From positions 62,001-126,000 of the forward strand of contig JAAILG010000076.1 of NCBI GenBank assembly GCA_012026655.1: a stretch of DNA of 64,000 bases, given 5' to 3'. Of the stretch, positions 51,341-64,000 are shown in pieces. A program made the translations under genes and the position numbers. Numbering within the stretch: position 1 is the stretch's first letter; each line of letters begins with the position of its first letter. The notes below the pieces were generated by a model, which was given only the letters and a program-made list of their open reading frames with translations, was not told where the DNA came from and did not search any database. This DNA comes from Hydrolagus affinis. Taxonomy: Eukaryota.

Positions 51341-53564
51341 CATCATGGATTGAAATGACCAATTTTACTATTGTGGTTTTTTGGAGGGATTATTATTGTC
51401 ATGGTTGTGTTTTGCACCAAAAACAAACACATAATTTTATATTTTTAATGACAATTAAAAGTAGGAGTAGAAGGGAGAAAAAAAAGGAACTTTGCCAAGG
51501 CTCAATAAAAGAAAATTTGCCCAACATAATTTAACTCAGAACACAAACTTTGCTATGACGTGTACTTTTTAAGGGAGTCAGCCAGGGGTTTGAAACATGT
51601 GGAAACCCACCATCATGCTTAACAGTATCAAAGTCAAACTGAGTTTGTATCTCACCTATACATAATAATAATATACATAAAAATAACATATTTATTGGAA
51701 TCGAGTGCATATTGCCTCTCTGGAGAGACACATTTTGCTTGCCTAATCTTAAGAATCAGGCAAGAGCCAAGGCTTGGAGACCTCAGAGTGTGCATTGCTG
51801 GAGTTTAACCAGCTAAAAGAAGCTAGGACCATCCTACCCATTAGGACTTTGAGTTTCAGGGCTCCCAGGAACTAATTAATAGGATTCCAAACCCCCAGTA
51901 ACTCGTCTGCCCTTCAATATCCTGTCAATGAGCCAGGCTGGCTGTGCTGTCATCAGGAGTGCCCTGAAAAACTGTGGACCTACAAGGCTCAGAACTGGAT
52001 GACCGAGATCACCACAGAGGATTGGCTAGATTTTGACATTCCGTTGCCAAATATGTCACCTTGAAGTCAGTTCAGCTCCAAGGAGACCACAGTTCCCCCC
52101 CCCACCCCACACCCCCAGAGGATCGTCACTAGTTGGTCATTTGTGATTTGAGATGTGATATATCATGGGAGATTTATGTATCACTAAATCTCTTATTTTA
52201 TTACAAAAATACTTGGAGTGGAACTGACAAGGCTACTCACTAAGATGTGAAACATTTGACTTATAAACATCTTCTGACTGCTGTAAAGACAGTTAGCAAG
52301 CAATCTTTTGGATTTAGCCTCCAGACTGCCAAAGGACAAATCTGGATCTTGTTACAATTAAAAGAATACGTATTAGGTGATTGATACTATACAAGATGCT
52401 CTGTCCCAGTGGGATCCCTTACTTTCTGCTTCTGGGCTGGGTTTTGGCTCCAATGCTTCATCCATCATTTGAGCAAAATCCATTTATTTTATGACCAAAA
52501 AAAAATGAAATTCCTTCACTCTAATTATCTTATCAGGTATAAATGCAAATGCTGCACACCCACTGCGGAGTGATGTCAAGTTAGTTTGCGAGGAGATTAA
52601 AAAAAAGCAGTTGCTAATACACAGGAGAATGCATGATTATTTCATCTAAGGACAAAACACTGAGGACAGTGAAGGTCAAGAGCATCATTTGGAAAGCAAA
52701 AGCATTTGTTTAAATCACTGCCTTTTAGATTACAATCAGCATGAACTAAAAATATATTTACCTCTGAGTCACTGCTTCAGTTTTGTTTAATTTGTTAAGC
52801 GATACATCAATCAATTAATAGCAAGATAAAAGGGGGTGGGGGTGGAAGTTCATCTTAATCTACCTCTGCACTCTGTTTACTGAAATCCTCAATAACGTGA
52901 GAAATTGTGGTGAAATGCAGCAGATAATCAATAATGTAACTCCATTTATCCAGTGGGAATTTTGCTAGAGATCCTGGGAAAATGCAAATGGACCAATTGT
53001 TATGCAAATATGGGTCAAATGTCAAGTTGAACATTGCTGGGAAGAGGTTAGGAACACACAAATTTCAGACATGTAGTGCATATAGGAAGGTTCCACTGAG
53101 TAGAACAATACTACAGAAACTCTTTTTCATCACCTTGACCTTACAGCATCAGTTTTCCTCCAGAAATAACAGGTTTCTAATGCAATTAAATTGGAGCTTT
53201 GGTTACAATAACCTGATAAAATAGCCATAACGAATGATAAATATGATGGGCTACTAATTCACAAAAATGCATCTGGCACCGAGATAAAGCAGCGATCCTT
53301 AAATATATTATTAATAATAATACTTGCATTCGGTATAGCGCTTTTCACATCTTATCAACGTCTCAAATATAGTTTGAATCACTGCTTGAAAATGCCATTG
53401 TGATTGGATTTGAGGCAGTGGTGGTGAGATGCCACAATACAAAGTTGTCCACATTGTGAATTTGGCTTATGTGATCAAGAGAGGCAAAACACTCCTCATA
53501 TTAGGCTGGGAAGAGGGAGGGGGAAGCAGTAGGTCTTTTTGAGACATCTGAAAGCATTTCAAGG

Positions 53565-53640
53565 TATATTCTGTGAAGCGTTTTGAGATGTCTTGAAGAC
53601 ACGATATGGCGCTATATCAAATGTATGGATTATTATTTTT
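53565..53640 (+). mobile_element. SINE tail fragment (an inverted tail fragment lies at 53308-53368)
   Basis: tatattctgtgaagcgttttgagatgtc...gcgctatatcaaatg. Confidence 0.75.
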
Positions 53641-54439
53641 ATTTTTATAAAAAAGCCAAGTTTCCATTCTGTTACAGAAATCCTTACACCACCACATGAT
53701 AAGTGTTTTGGGTTCAGTTTCAATGTACTTGGTTTGCTTTAGATGAAGTCAGTAACTGTCCTACAACTGTCTTTGCTTCTCTAATTAACAGGAATTGTAT
53801 TGGTTCTGATTGATTCAACCCTGCCTTAGGCAAGTGGCTTGGTTTAGTACTGAAGGTGACAGCATATTAACAGACTTTATTGTGTGCCTCTATGGACAGT
53901 TATACCAGGAGAGGTTGTAAAGGGTACATCAACCAATATTTGACTAATATTGAAATCAAATCAGTTTACCATGTTTTTAATGTTTTATTAAGGATCCATC
54001 TGTTAAGCTACAATTTATAATGAGTACCTGCCCAACAGCAACATAGCCTGCAGTATAGCACAGAAGATGGGATGGATATAACATTAAACAAAGATCTGGT
54101 GACATTTTGAACTCTCACACTGTCCTTGACTTTTCATACAGAGAAGTAATTTGTTTAAAATTTGTGAGACTGGCTGCTGACTGCATATAAAATAAAATAA
54201 ATTTCCAAAGGTTAGAAAACATTCACCTCTTCTGCTTTGCAATGTATTTTAGACCTATGTTCATGACCTGCACTAATCATTTCAATATAGTAACATAAGA
54301 AGGTTTGAAACATATTTGTGTATAACAGGAATCTTGACAAGTGCTGTCTAAAAGCACAGTAACAGAAGTCTTAGCAGAGTTACCTTTCACTTTTGAGAGA
54401 TACATATAAAACTATCATCCACCATTTAGTATGACGATG

Positions 54440-54583
54440 GATGGTTATTTGGGGAGGATGGATTTGCAGGGTTATGGGGAGAGAGCTGGGGAGTGGGATT
54501 GACTTTGAATAGCTCTTTTTAAAGAGCTGGCACAATGGGTTGAATGGCCTCCTTTTGTACTGAAAAATTCTATGATTCTATGA
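54440..54583 (+). mobile_element. CR1 3' UTR fragment
   Basis: gagtgggattg...gagctggcacaatgggttgaatggcctccttttgtactg...ttctatgattctatga matches the end of the CR1 at 2070. Confidence 0.85.
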
Positions 54584-56889
54584 CCTTATTTGTTCAATCT
54601 TATCTCCACAAATTATGGTTTCAGGCTGAATATGAAATACTCTTCATCCTCCTCACCAAAATAAAGGGATTATAATAACTAATCATATTTTCTCGTATAT
54701 ATAACCTTATCATGTTGTTGAAATGTTTCAAAGCTCTTCAAAGGATTTCACTACAAAGTGTAGTGACTGTGTATTGGCAGACAACCATAACAGCCAATTT
54801 CTGCATAGCAACGTGTCACAAACAGCCATGAAGTGTTACCAATTGTTAACTCGAGGACTGTTGATCAGGATACTGGGAGGACTGTTTTCTACCCCAGAAA
54901 AAGTTTGGAAGATACTTGAGTAGGTGGTGTAATAGAAGGGCAGGGCATTGTGATTACAAGATTTAATAAACAGAGCTGAATGGCATCCTTCTGTTCCTGA
55001 AACAGGAAAAGAAGTTTCAATAAAAACTTTGTTGGATGGCTCAGAACAGGGGAAGAATACTTTAAAGTTTATTTTTCAGTTTATTTTTGCCTGTTAAGTT
55101 GTACAGAATAGTTTCATTTAGTTTTCCACATGAAATAAACTGATAGCTGAACTTTGCTCAGACCAAATGTTTTTGTGCCCTGAGGAGTACAAGGGAAACA
55201 GATGCTTGGTTGAACTGTCCCCCTCGACCACAGATGGACAGATGACTCCTCATATGCATACCTTCCTATACCACTAGAGAAATAAACATTACAGATGCAT
55301 AGTTCTCCTTGACTGCTGCAGTATGTCTAACCTTTTGGGATTTTCTTAGAACTATTTGGAGAATATTACATTCTTAGTTCAATTTTTGTTCTGGAACAGT
55401 TTTCAATATAGTCTTACCTGGTGTATATCAACCCAGACTAGCAACATGGTGACTGACTAAGTGTTGACGTACATTTAGCATTTGTATTATGCTCTGTCAA
55501 AGAAAATTACCAGGTAGTTGCACAATTAGATCCTTATCCTTCTTGATTGACTGTAACAAAAGTAATACCAATAATACTTGCATTTGATCCATAGTCTTAT
55601 CAAATCTCCAAATGTATTTGGGGGCAGTTTAGAGAATTAGAAACATTTATTTTTAAATGTGCAGCCATTCATCTGAGGTATTAGATTTTCTACATGTTAA
55701 TAATGTATGTGGAACTCTCTTCTCAAAGCACTCTTGTTCCCAATGTTCCTAATCTCTTCTTTCATGGTCAAGTATTAGCTGCACATTGCCTCTCCATCTT
55801 GTTATAAGTAAATGCAACAAACTTCAGGAAATTCAGTGCTAATTCCATCACTCCCCATTCATCAAAGCTTTACAGGGCACAGGGTAGAATGGAGTGCATA
55901 GTGCAAGCTTAGGAGACATTCATTGAACAGATGGTAAAAGGACATCGGCTTGTTATCGCTATTCCATCTGCTGAACCACCATTATTGCAGAACACTAGGC
56001 TCAGATACTTGCAAGTGTGCATTTGCAGAAGATGTGTTGGTAAGCATAGAGCAAGGAGGATTTATCTGTGTTAATACAACATACACTTGGATTTTCTACT
56101 TGGGGGAAAAAATAAATTATTTAGAGAAGAAATCTAATATGAATAAAAAAGATGAAATAATTAATGCTTACCATTTGTTTCTGTAATGTTAAACCAAATG
56201 AGCAGGATAAAGACATGGACTAAATTTAGATGTAAAGACCTACAAGCAGATTGGATGAAACAAAAGGCAGAGAATCCTGAAAAATAAAGATTTTACCTTT
56301 TAAACTCTATATTTATAAAATCGAATTTAGCTAAATGATCAGTATATCACTGTAACTCACCCAGGAAAAGATCAGCAGTCAGGGTAAAACTGTAGCCTGT
56401 TTGTGTTTCCATATTGTGCCCTGAGGCTGGCCTTCAAAGAGATGGGTGATCAGCACCTTTGGCATCATGAATAAACTCTCTTCCTATTGTCTGAAAGATG
56501 TTCTGCCCCCTCAAAAATACTATAGCACACAACACATGTTTTCACAAAGGGAACATATGTGCATTGGATCAAAGGAATTCACCACCGGACCATCAGTGTG
56601 GCAAAGGTAATCTTCACCACTGACACTGCACTATGGATGCAATTATTAACCTTCTCTTCCTCAAGGAAGGAATATCAAGATTCAGTTTATGGTACAGTGG
56701 TGTGAAAACTCACCTTAAGGTCATACCACGAATGTGATCAGTTGTTTCCAGAGTGTCAACATTGTATTATACATTACAGTAACACAAACTCACTTGAGAG
56801 CTTAATCCACTGATGTGATCAAAATTCAGGAAACTGTATTTGCTGACCTTATTTGTAAGTTCCCATTGTATTAATATGCTGGCTCTCTG

Positions 56890-57140
56890 AATAATAATAA
56901 TAATAATAATCCTTGCAATAAGCAATGTGCAGCATAACAAGTATATGTTTCTTTTTCAATTTGCACAAAGCAATGTCCCATAAGCAGGCGTGAGGTGAAT
57001 AACCAATTTTATATGGGGGTTTGTAGGCCAGGACACAGGGAGAAATTCCCAACATTGCCATGGTATCTTTAACATCCACTGAAAAGAGAGGCGATTTAAT
57101 GTCTCACGTGAAGGACAGGACTTCCAGAAATGCCGTGCCT
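56890..57140 (-). mobile_element. Old Deu-domain SINE
   Basis: (AAT)n tail, ggccaggacacagggagaa, gccatggtatctttaacatccac and tttaatgtctcac. Confidence 0.65.
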
Positions 57141-58371
57141 ACAGTAATGGTGGCCATTCTTTTAGGTCATATATGCCATAAATCAAGAAATATTCAGATA
57201 AGAAAAACCTGGAAACACACTACCAATCAAACACGGACTAGACTAGTCCGAATTTCAGGAAGAGGGGCTTGACGGCCCTGTAGGCTCAAACTGTCCATGG
57301 GCCGTAGTTTGGTTGCCATGGATCTACAGGGTGAAATTAGCATGCAAAGTAACTTTACTTTTTTTTTGCATCACTAGTAATAATTGTTAATTGTAATGTA
57401 TCCATATCCATTCATGGAATTACTGTACATTGATGATACTGCACTGAAACAGACCATTCAGCCAAATTAGTCTGTGAGCCTCTATTCCCTTTTCTGTCCT
57501 ATAACCTCTCCCCCACCTCCCATTCCCTTCTCCGCATATAGGCATCCCGTTTCCTCTGAAATGCATGCTCTTGAGGTGACCATGCAATTGTGGATTGTTA
57601 TGCCACATTACGTTGTCTGAAGAGGCTATCGCAACAATTAAGTATTTGATGATAATTTGCACAAATTAGCATTCAAATACTAATTCGAAATGCATTCCAA
57701 ATTACTGTACTACAATATAAATCAATAAATGCTCTTTGACACACAAAATGAGAAGGGAGAACTGGAATAAATCACAGGATATTTTCCGTCCCGTTTCAGT
57801 TGGTGCTTATCTTCAGTGAACTGGGTTCAGCAATTAATGCTAATGACTATAAACCAGGACTAATGATCCCAATAGATTTGTCAGTTTCTGAGTCCTATCA
57901 AAGTTCATAATATACACCTAAAATTGCCACTTGTTCTTGGGGGATGTCAGGTTTCTCCTAGTCCTTATGTAAGTCAATCATTTATAGTTTTGCATATCGT
58001 CCCCAGATGGAAACAAAACCTCATTTATTTGTAACCGGTCCCAGTCCCTCTGTATTCTCCATGGATAGTCCTTACAAGCAAGTGTTATTCGAAACCTCCT
58101 CCAGATTGCAATCTGCAGTTGTTGCCCACACAAGCTATTCATCTTTATTTTACACATGCCACAATCCAGTCTGGAAATCTGTCAATATGTCATGACATCT
58201 CGATGAACTCTCTTGAGAAAAAGTTAAATGGCTGCAAGCAATGTATCCATCTTTTTAAAGGAAATGAATGTCCAAGTTTCACAAGAATACTGTGTTTTTC
58301 TAGCCCAAATATCAACCCATATGCTTAATGTATGATATTTTCCTATTGTTTACAATTTTAGAATTGTATAT

Positions 58372-58689
58372 GTAGAGACCTGCAGCTCAGTGGTTAGAGC
58401 ACTCACCTTACAAGCGAGAGACCGGGTTCAATTCCAGGCAGGGTGAAACCTTGGGCAAGTTTCCTTACTCCACATGCCTGATAATAATTCCTTGAAAAAA
58501 ATAATAAATTGGTCACTCAATCCACGACTGTTTGTGGAACACAGCTATGTGCAATTTGTTGCCGCATTTCGTCCACAAATTATAGTCAATTCTCTTTACA
58601 GTATGTTATGTGAAGCTCTTTGAGACATCTTGGAGATGTGACATATCCATATATCTACATCAATGGCAAGGATTATTACTATTACTATC
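58372..58689 (+). mobile_element. Full-length tRNA-derived SINE, short variant
   Basis: cagctcagtggttagagc...gggttcaattcc head, shared body and tail. Confidence 0.9.
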
Positions 58690-58711
58690 AGTCGGGACCC
58701 TAACATTTAGT

Positions 58712-58826
58712 ATATCATCCAGAACTCTGCATCTTGTGTCTTCTCCCGCACCAGGCTCCATCTACCCTTCACACCCATCTTCACCTGGCTCCACTGGCTC
58801 CCCATCCCTCAAAGGATCAAATTGAA
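58712..58826 (+). mobile_element. Short L2 fragment
   Basis: atcatccagaactctgca...ggctccactggctccccatccctcaaaggatcaaa. Confidence 0.75.
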
Positions 58827-58829
58827 AAT

Positions 58830-59002
58830 ACCATGGAGTGTAATGGCATTGTTTTTTGTTAGGAGATCATTTACTTGTAAATTACGACTTAGTGCAAAGA
58901 AATCTAAGCGGGTGTAATAATGTCTCGGGTGTCTGAATGGGTCTCGGCGCAAGTACGAATTATATAATTTATAAAGATAGACTTATGTAAGTTTTACTGT
59001 AT
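58830..59002. mobile_element. Possible right end of a Tigger-like element
   Basis: Ends gacttatgtaagttttactgTA. No partner end was seen. Confidence 0.35.
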
Positions 59003-59040
59003 ATTAAATAATGTAAGGATTGTTATATCTACCCTGGGTC

Positions 59041-59085
59041 GAGTTTTTCCCAGTGTCATGTTGGTCATGACACTGGGAGAAACTC
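59041..59085. repeat. 20-bp inverted repeat with a 5-nt loop
   Basis: gagtttttcccagtgtcatg ttggt catgacactgggagaaactc (19/20 match, the mismatch is a U-G pair on the + strand). Confidence 0.95.
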
Positions 59086-60679
59086 ACTCCTTTTAAAAAC
59101 TACAATTAATACACCTTGAGTAAAGATCTGAACTGTTTTATCTGCTGAATTTTGATGTGGAAATGCTACCAGTGAATGAAATATAATATATATAATATGC
59201 ATTGAATATGCTTTGTAAGAATATTTAACTCATTTTACATACTCAATCTCAAATACAGTATTTGGATTGCTCAACAGCAACTTTTATACAGTGCCTTTCA
59301 TCCAAAATGGTGACTTCATTCATAATTCTTGTTCAAGGCCAAAATAGTAAATTGTCAGAGATGGGTAAAGGTTATTTGGTTCACAAGGTTAATTCCCTGT
59401 AGACCATTGCCTCCCAATACCTTCTTTTCCACTTGTGCAGTTCATTTTTCTCTAATCTGTCTCCACAGCTCATCTCCTTTACACATGACAATCAGTCCTC
59501 TCACTTTTTCAAATCATGGTTGTTTTTGGGTGTGGCTTAGTTACCAGAACTAAACACAGTATGCTTACTTTTAATCTGAACGCTGTTTCTTGTGAACTTT
59601 TTGTGCTGTGGTTGAAATGGGATTTCCCATTATGAGAGTGAATTAAATGTTCCCAATTGTTGGAAAACATTCAACATTTTAAACATCAGTCTTCCAAGTG
59701 TTGTCTGACCAGTATTATGCTGTAGCATAGCTCCATATATAATAACATCTTACTGCTCACTTTGTTCAGATCCTCTCTTTCTGATTCAACACTGAAAGAC
59801 TAACTTCAGTTTCCGATTGACACCGAAGACTGTATGCAAAATCCTAGTAGACTGTAGTCACGATGGGCTTGGACAATAAAAAGTGGGACAATTGTGGAAA
59901 TAATGTGTCTCCTCTTAACTAGAAGTGTTGTACATTTCAGGCGAAAGGTTTGTATCCCACATGAAGCCAACAGGTCAATATATTTCTATTCTAACAATGT
60001 TACAAAGCAAACAGACTTTTAATGGATATAAAAAGTTGCGGCCTACATTCTATTAGGGATTGACTGCCTTTCTGCGCAAATCAACACTGTTGAAAACACT
60101 GGCATTTCAGATAATGACAGATAAGATTTAGAATCAAAATCAGCCAAGGTTTTAAATAGCAAACGATAAAATCATTAGGTAATTGTAAAGCTTCGTATTT
60201 GAAGCCAGTGGGCTGACATGATTGCTTCTTCCTCTTGGGTGTAATAAAGCAAATTGGCTCCTTAATTGGTCTTGTTAAGGTTGAAGACCAACATCCTTTT
60301 AGTATGTTTTTTGTGAAAGTGGTACACTACCTGCTGAGTCATCACAGAAGAATCAGAGGTTAATTTCCTTGCTACTAAATGGAGCAGATAATCAGCCATC
60401 AGAGCCTGCTTCCCCTACAATAAATAAGTTCTGACAAGCCGAGGGACAGCTCTAAGCATCAGTCAGCCCTGTTCACACCATCTGTCCAGAAATTAAGATA
60501 AAGGAGTGAGGATTAACCTGTTCCATTTGAAAAACCACACTGACAAACCCACATAGATGTTCTGAAAATATGGTAAGTTGAAGGAGTGGTGAGGAGGAGA
60601 AGCTCACAATATTGTGTTCATGTTTCAACGAAGGAAAGATTTTGCTTTGCTGCCATACCATTTATATTCCTCTTTGCAG

Positions 60680-60846
60680 CGTCTCACAAACTAAGTAGGC
60701 TGCTCATACAGCAGTTTGAAAATTCTTACTCCTCACCTTATGTAGAAGGATTCTTACACATGAATGGTGTCTGCTGCTCAGGAATGCCAAACATTACGTG
60801 GGTGGTAAAGACTGTCAGTTTTGAGTCACAGGCCAATGCTTTCAGG
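60680..60846 (+). CDS. Weak candidate exon (SHKLSRLLIQQFENSYSSPYVEGF...SQANAFR)
   Basis: Acceptor tttatattcctctttgcag and donor AGG|gtgaga. 167 bp with one open frame, but its phase does not join directly to 50660. Confidence 0.2.
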
Positions 60847-61316
60847 GTGAGATTTCTCTTGCCAATGAGTGTAGTGAATTTGAGGATGTGTCGTTCAAAT
60901 GTGATGGGATTGCCCCCCTTATAAAGACATCATCAAACTTACCATATTTAACAGCAAGATCAATTTAAACCTTTCTGTCTTTTGCAACATGGGGAAAACA
61001 CTGGTTAGTTCAACTGGGTGATTGAAAAGCATGGACATGTCTCTCCAACAGAGCCGACCACGGCCCAGCAGAAAGAGCCATTAAGAGTGAATTGACGATT
61101 AGAAAACAATAAAAGAACACAATTGTGGATTATATAAATACACCAATACAGAAATGAAAATAATTCTCCTCCTCCTTATTGAGTTATTCACATGGATTTC
61201 AATTAATTTTCAGAATTCGCACCGAGTATTTTCATTTCTATTCTGACTTTTTAAATAAAAACTCTTAATTTCTGTTGAATTAGGGACCTATCTTCTCTTT
61301 ATTTGAAGTCTGTGTT

Positions 61317-61336
61317 GACTCCACCAGATGGCAGTC
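61317..61336 (+). promoter_or_regulatory. Candidate CTCF binding site
   Basis: ccaccagatggcagt matches the CTCF core CCASYAGRKGGCRS in unique sequence. Confidence 0.45.
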
Positions 61337-61510
61337 TATTCTAGAAATTAACTATGCTCATAGTTGGTGAGGTGGAAAGTTTAGTGCAATTAAACAATTT
61401 GTAGTCATGATGGGAAATTGCACAGTCGCAAAATGTGTTACCTTTGCAGCTGCCCCCAAATGCCAAATAGCTACTGTTTAACTGATACTTAGCTTAACAG
61501 TTTCTTAAAA

Positions 61511-61915
61511 GATAATAATCCTTACAGTTCATACAGTGCTTTCACGTCTGGATGACAACTAAAAGTGCTCCATTATACTGTAAAATGTGGTGTAGTGGAT
61601 TCAGTAGGCAAATGCAACAACCAATTGCACAAAGAAATTTTTCATAAGCAGATACGAATGACCAATTTTGTGGGGATTGTTGGCCAGGAAACACTTATTT
61701 CTCTTTTCAAATTGTGCCATGGGATCTTTAACGTTCACTTAAACAGGCAGGTGGAGCTTCAATTTAATGTCTCACCCAAGGGACAGCACCTCCGACAACA
61801 CAGCACACCTCAGCACTGCATTTGAAAATCAGCCTTGATTATCTGAGTCCCAACATGGTGTTTGAACCAATAACCTTCTGACTCAGAGTTAGAATGCCAC
61901 CAACTGAGCCAGTCT
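61511..61915 (-). mobile_element. Near full-length Deu-domain SINE (SacSINE1/AmnSINE1 type)
   Basis: On the minus strand: tRNA head ggctcagttggtggcattct...ctgagtcagaaggttattggttcaaac, Deu domain gtgctgaggtgtgctgtgttgtcggaggtgctgtc...aaagatcccatggcac, then an L2-like tail. Confidence 0.8.
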
Positions 61916-62269
61916 GCCACACAAACCAGATCAGGCTAATTATAATCAGGACCCAAGGTTTCTTATTGACTTTCGTCTTCTGCTGTACCTTCACCCAAGA
62001 TAGACAGTCAAATCAACAATGCTCAACATGATTTTAAATATATGGAAGTTTTCTCTTGGTCTCATTTTCTATGCAAATAGGTTTTCCTTTTTTTTAAAAG
62101 TATAACTTTTCAATTTTTCAACTTTTTCAATTAATATGTTTTTGTCAGTATAAAATTGGCCTCCATACTCCAACTGTTGCTGACAACTATGTTGCACATA
62201 ACTATCCACCTATCATGTCTTCCACAATTACTTCTTGCTCTCTGAAAACATTTTTAAACAGATTCAGAG

Positions 62270-62422
62270 AGCTCAATATATCTAGTTATTGACCGTGCAA
62301 TGAACTTCCTTCTCCTTTACTTTTCTGACAGTTATCAATCCCTTTTCTCAGACTCTATTTATACTGAATCCCTTTGTTCAAGTCCCTTTGCTAATTACTA
62401 TGCTCAGCTCCTTCTGTACCAA
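62270..62422 (+). repeat. Direct repeat copy 1 (partner at 63658-63809)
   Basis: Colinear over ~150 bp with an identical core. Confidence 0.95.
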
Positions 62423-62492
62423 ATTTCTGGCTCACTTCTTTAATCCTTAAAGTTTTTACTGCTCACTTGACTCGTTCCCCTTGAAATAATAA

Positions 62493-62690
62493 GATAATAA
62501 TCCTTGCATTTGATATAGCACTTTTCACATCTTCTAAATGTCTCAAAGCGCTTCAAAGAATATATACTGTAAAGTGAATTGACTGTATATATGTGGGTGA
62601 AACGCAGCAGCCAATTGCGCACAGCAGTGTCCCACAAACAGTCGCGGATTGAAATTATCAATTTATTATTGCTTTTTTTGACGGATTATT
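62493..62690 (-). mobile_element. SINE 3' two-thirds, followed by a Deu-domain fragment (62690-62775, +)
   Basis: Shared tail and body, then gggagagtgctgctctgttggagatgccatcctttggatgagatgttaaactgag. Confidence 0.88.
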
Positions 62691-63657
62691 GGGAGAGTGC
62701 TGCTCTGTTGGAGATGCCATCCTTTGGATGAGATGTTAAACTGAGTTCCTGTTTGCAGGTGGATGTTAAGGATGGTGTGATTAAGGATTCACATTTCAAA
62801 ATGAGATATGAGGGTCTCCAAGTGCCCTAGCCACCACAACATGGACAGAAAATTGTAACTGATGTGAAAAGTATTTCCTGTGAAAATGATCACATTCCCA
62901 GTAAATTCCACTCTGCCTCATCGAGCTATGAATCTCCGATTTAGTCACAATGGTTATTTCAAAGTCACCTGCAACCACCACTGGACTTGGTGAGTTAACA
63001 ATGAGTACCGGTTCCCTGGATCAGGTTGAACTCAATCATTTTTTTTGTTGAGTTAAGCATGTATCACCATTAAACATTACGATATTACAGGTCACAATTT
63101 TCACTTCGATATCCTCATACTATTTCTTGTTCCTTAGAGCTTCTGCTCAGTTTTATTTCTTAATTTAGCTTTTCCTAAAACCTGCCCCATTAATTTTTAT
63201 TATGCTCTATTCCAGTTTTCGCCACAATGTTGAAGCTAATGATAACCTAATGTATTCTGCTACTCAAGTGCTCCCTGACCTTCAGCTTTTCATCAACTCA
63301 CACCCAATGCTACCTGATCCAGTATGGGCTATTCATGGGTAGTCTTTGAACCATGCAACATCAAACTTCTAATAAATACTTTCCTATTGTAGCTACTTGC
63401 CTTTTATTGAATATTCATGTTGTCTTTGTCACTTAAAACTTTGCTCTCTATTTACTTACCATACTGGCTCTTTTTCATCCGACATTTCTGATGTCAGACA
63501 TTTCCATCACCTGTCTTCCTTCAGTGCTTTAAAAACATCAGCATTTCCACTATTACTACTGACTCATTATCCTTTCATCTCGCCTTTTTTTTTACCCAAC
63601 CCCGATAACCTCACAAGACTCTCCATTTTGCTTACTATGTGAATTGTCATTTTCAAT

Positions 63658-63809
63658 AGCTCAACATATCTAGTTAGTGACCTAGCAATGAACTTTTCTC
63701 TCCTTTACTTTCAGAACAGTTATGAATCCCTTTTCTCAGTCTCATTTATACTGAATCCCTTTGTTCAAGTCCCTTTGCTAATTACTATGCTCAGCTCCTT
63801 TTGTACCAA
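63658..63809 (+). repeat. Direct repeat copy 2 (partner at 62270-62422)
   Basis: Colinear over ~150 bp with an identical core. Confidence 0.95.
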
Positions 63810-64000
63810 TGCACTTTCATGAACTCCTTTTGACTCAAACCACTTTCTGTAATTCCAGTTGGTAATCCTCTGTCTTGATTTTTATATATCGTATTATAGA
63901 ATAAGCTCAATATCACTCTCTCTCCACTCAGTTCAAGCATTTTGTTCAAGCATTTGAATTATTTGTCAACAAAAGCAACTCAGAAGCAAACACAATTGGA

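Larger units (their letters stand above)
50707..51398 (-). mobile_element. SINE (3' two-thirds) split by an L2 insertion
   Basis: cagcagtgtccaacaaac (to ~50864) continues as catggattgaaatgaccaatt (from ~51344). Confidence 0.85.
62020..63810 (-). pseudogene. Possible highly decayed hAT-type transposase (ZNF862/KIAA1586-like)
   Basis: Minus-strand remnants in the expected order: KFDVAWFKDYP*I (~63375-63330, TTF zinc-finger-like), then AGDFEITIVTKSEI and YFSHQLQFSV (ORF 62796..62981), resembling SDGA..MLG.KSGV and CxxHRLQL. Confidence 0.35.

Noticed and set aside
57270-57325. MER58-like hAT terminus
   Set aside because: Only a short gggccgtagtttg match, with no partner TIR or TSD.
62270-63809. 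LTR retrotransposon or TRIM
   Set aside because: The repeats lack TG...CA termini, and no PBS, PPT or TSD is visible.
1-64000. CRISPR array, operon or defence system
   Set aside because: No regularly spaced repeat-spacer structure or gene-dense coding. The recurring sequences are dispersed SINE and LINE copies.

Overview
AT-rich vertebrate genomic DNA with no prokaryotic features (no operons, rRNA or CRISPR). The repeat set points to a cartilaginous fish, probably a chimaera (inference). It includes CR1 and L2 LINEs, tRNA-headed SINEs with L2-type 3' tails, older Deu-domain SINEs, Tigger/pogo-type MITEs and a Penelope-like palindromic repeat. The window looks like long introns or intergenic DNA. 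Every ORF with a recognisable product is a decayed LINE reverse transcriptase/endonuclease, and most other ORFs are probably noise. Three short + strand segments with strong splice signals (32571-32621, 36584-36652, 50586-50660) join in frame into an unidentified peptide and may be exons of a host gene. Other notable observations: a SINE subfamily with an inverted tRNA-like 5' leader; hairpin-only L2 tail insertions with covarying stems; two intact MITEs nested in SINE tails; degenerate hammerhead ribozyme motifs; a probable hAT transposase fossil with ~150-bp direct repeats; and an isolated 20-bp hairpin. I cannot support a complete new biological system from the sequence alone. Repeat boundaries are approximate unless a TIR or TSD is quoted. 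There is a 100-N gap at 50924-51023.
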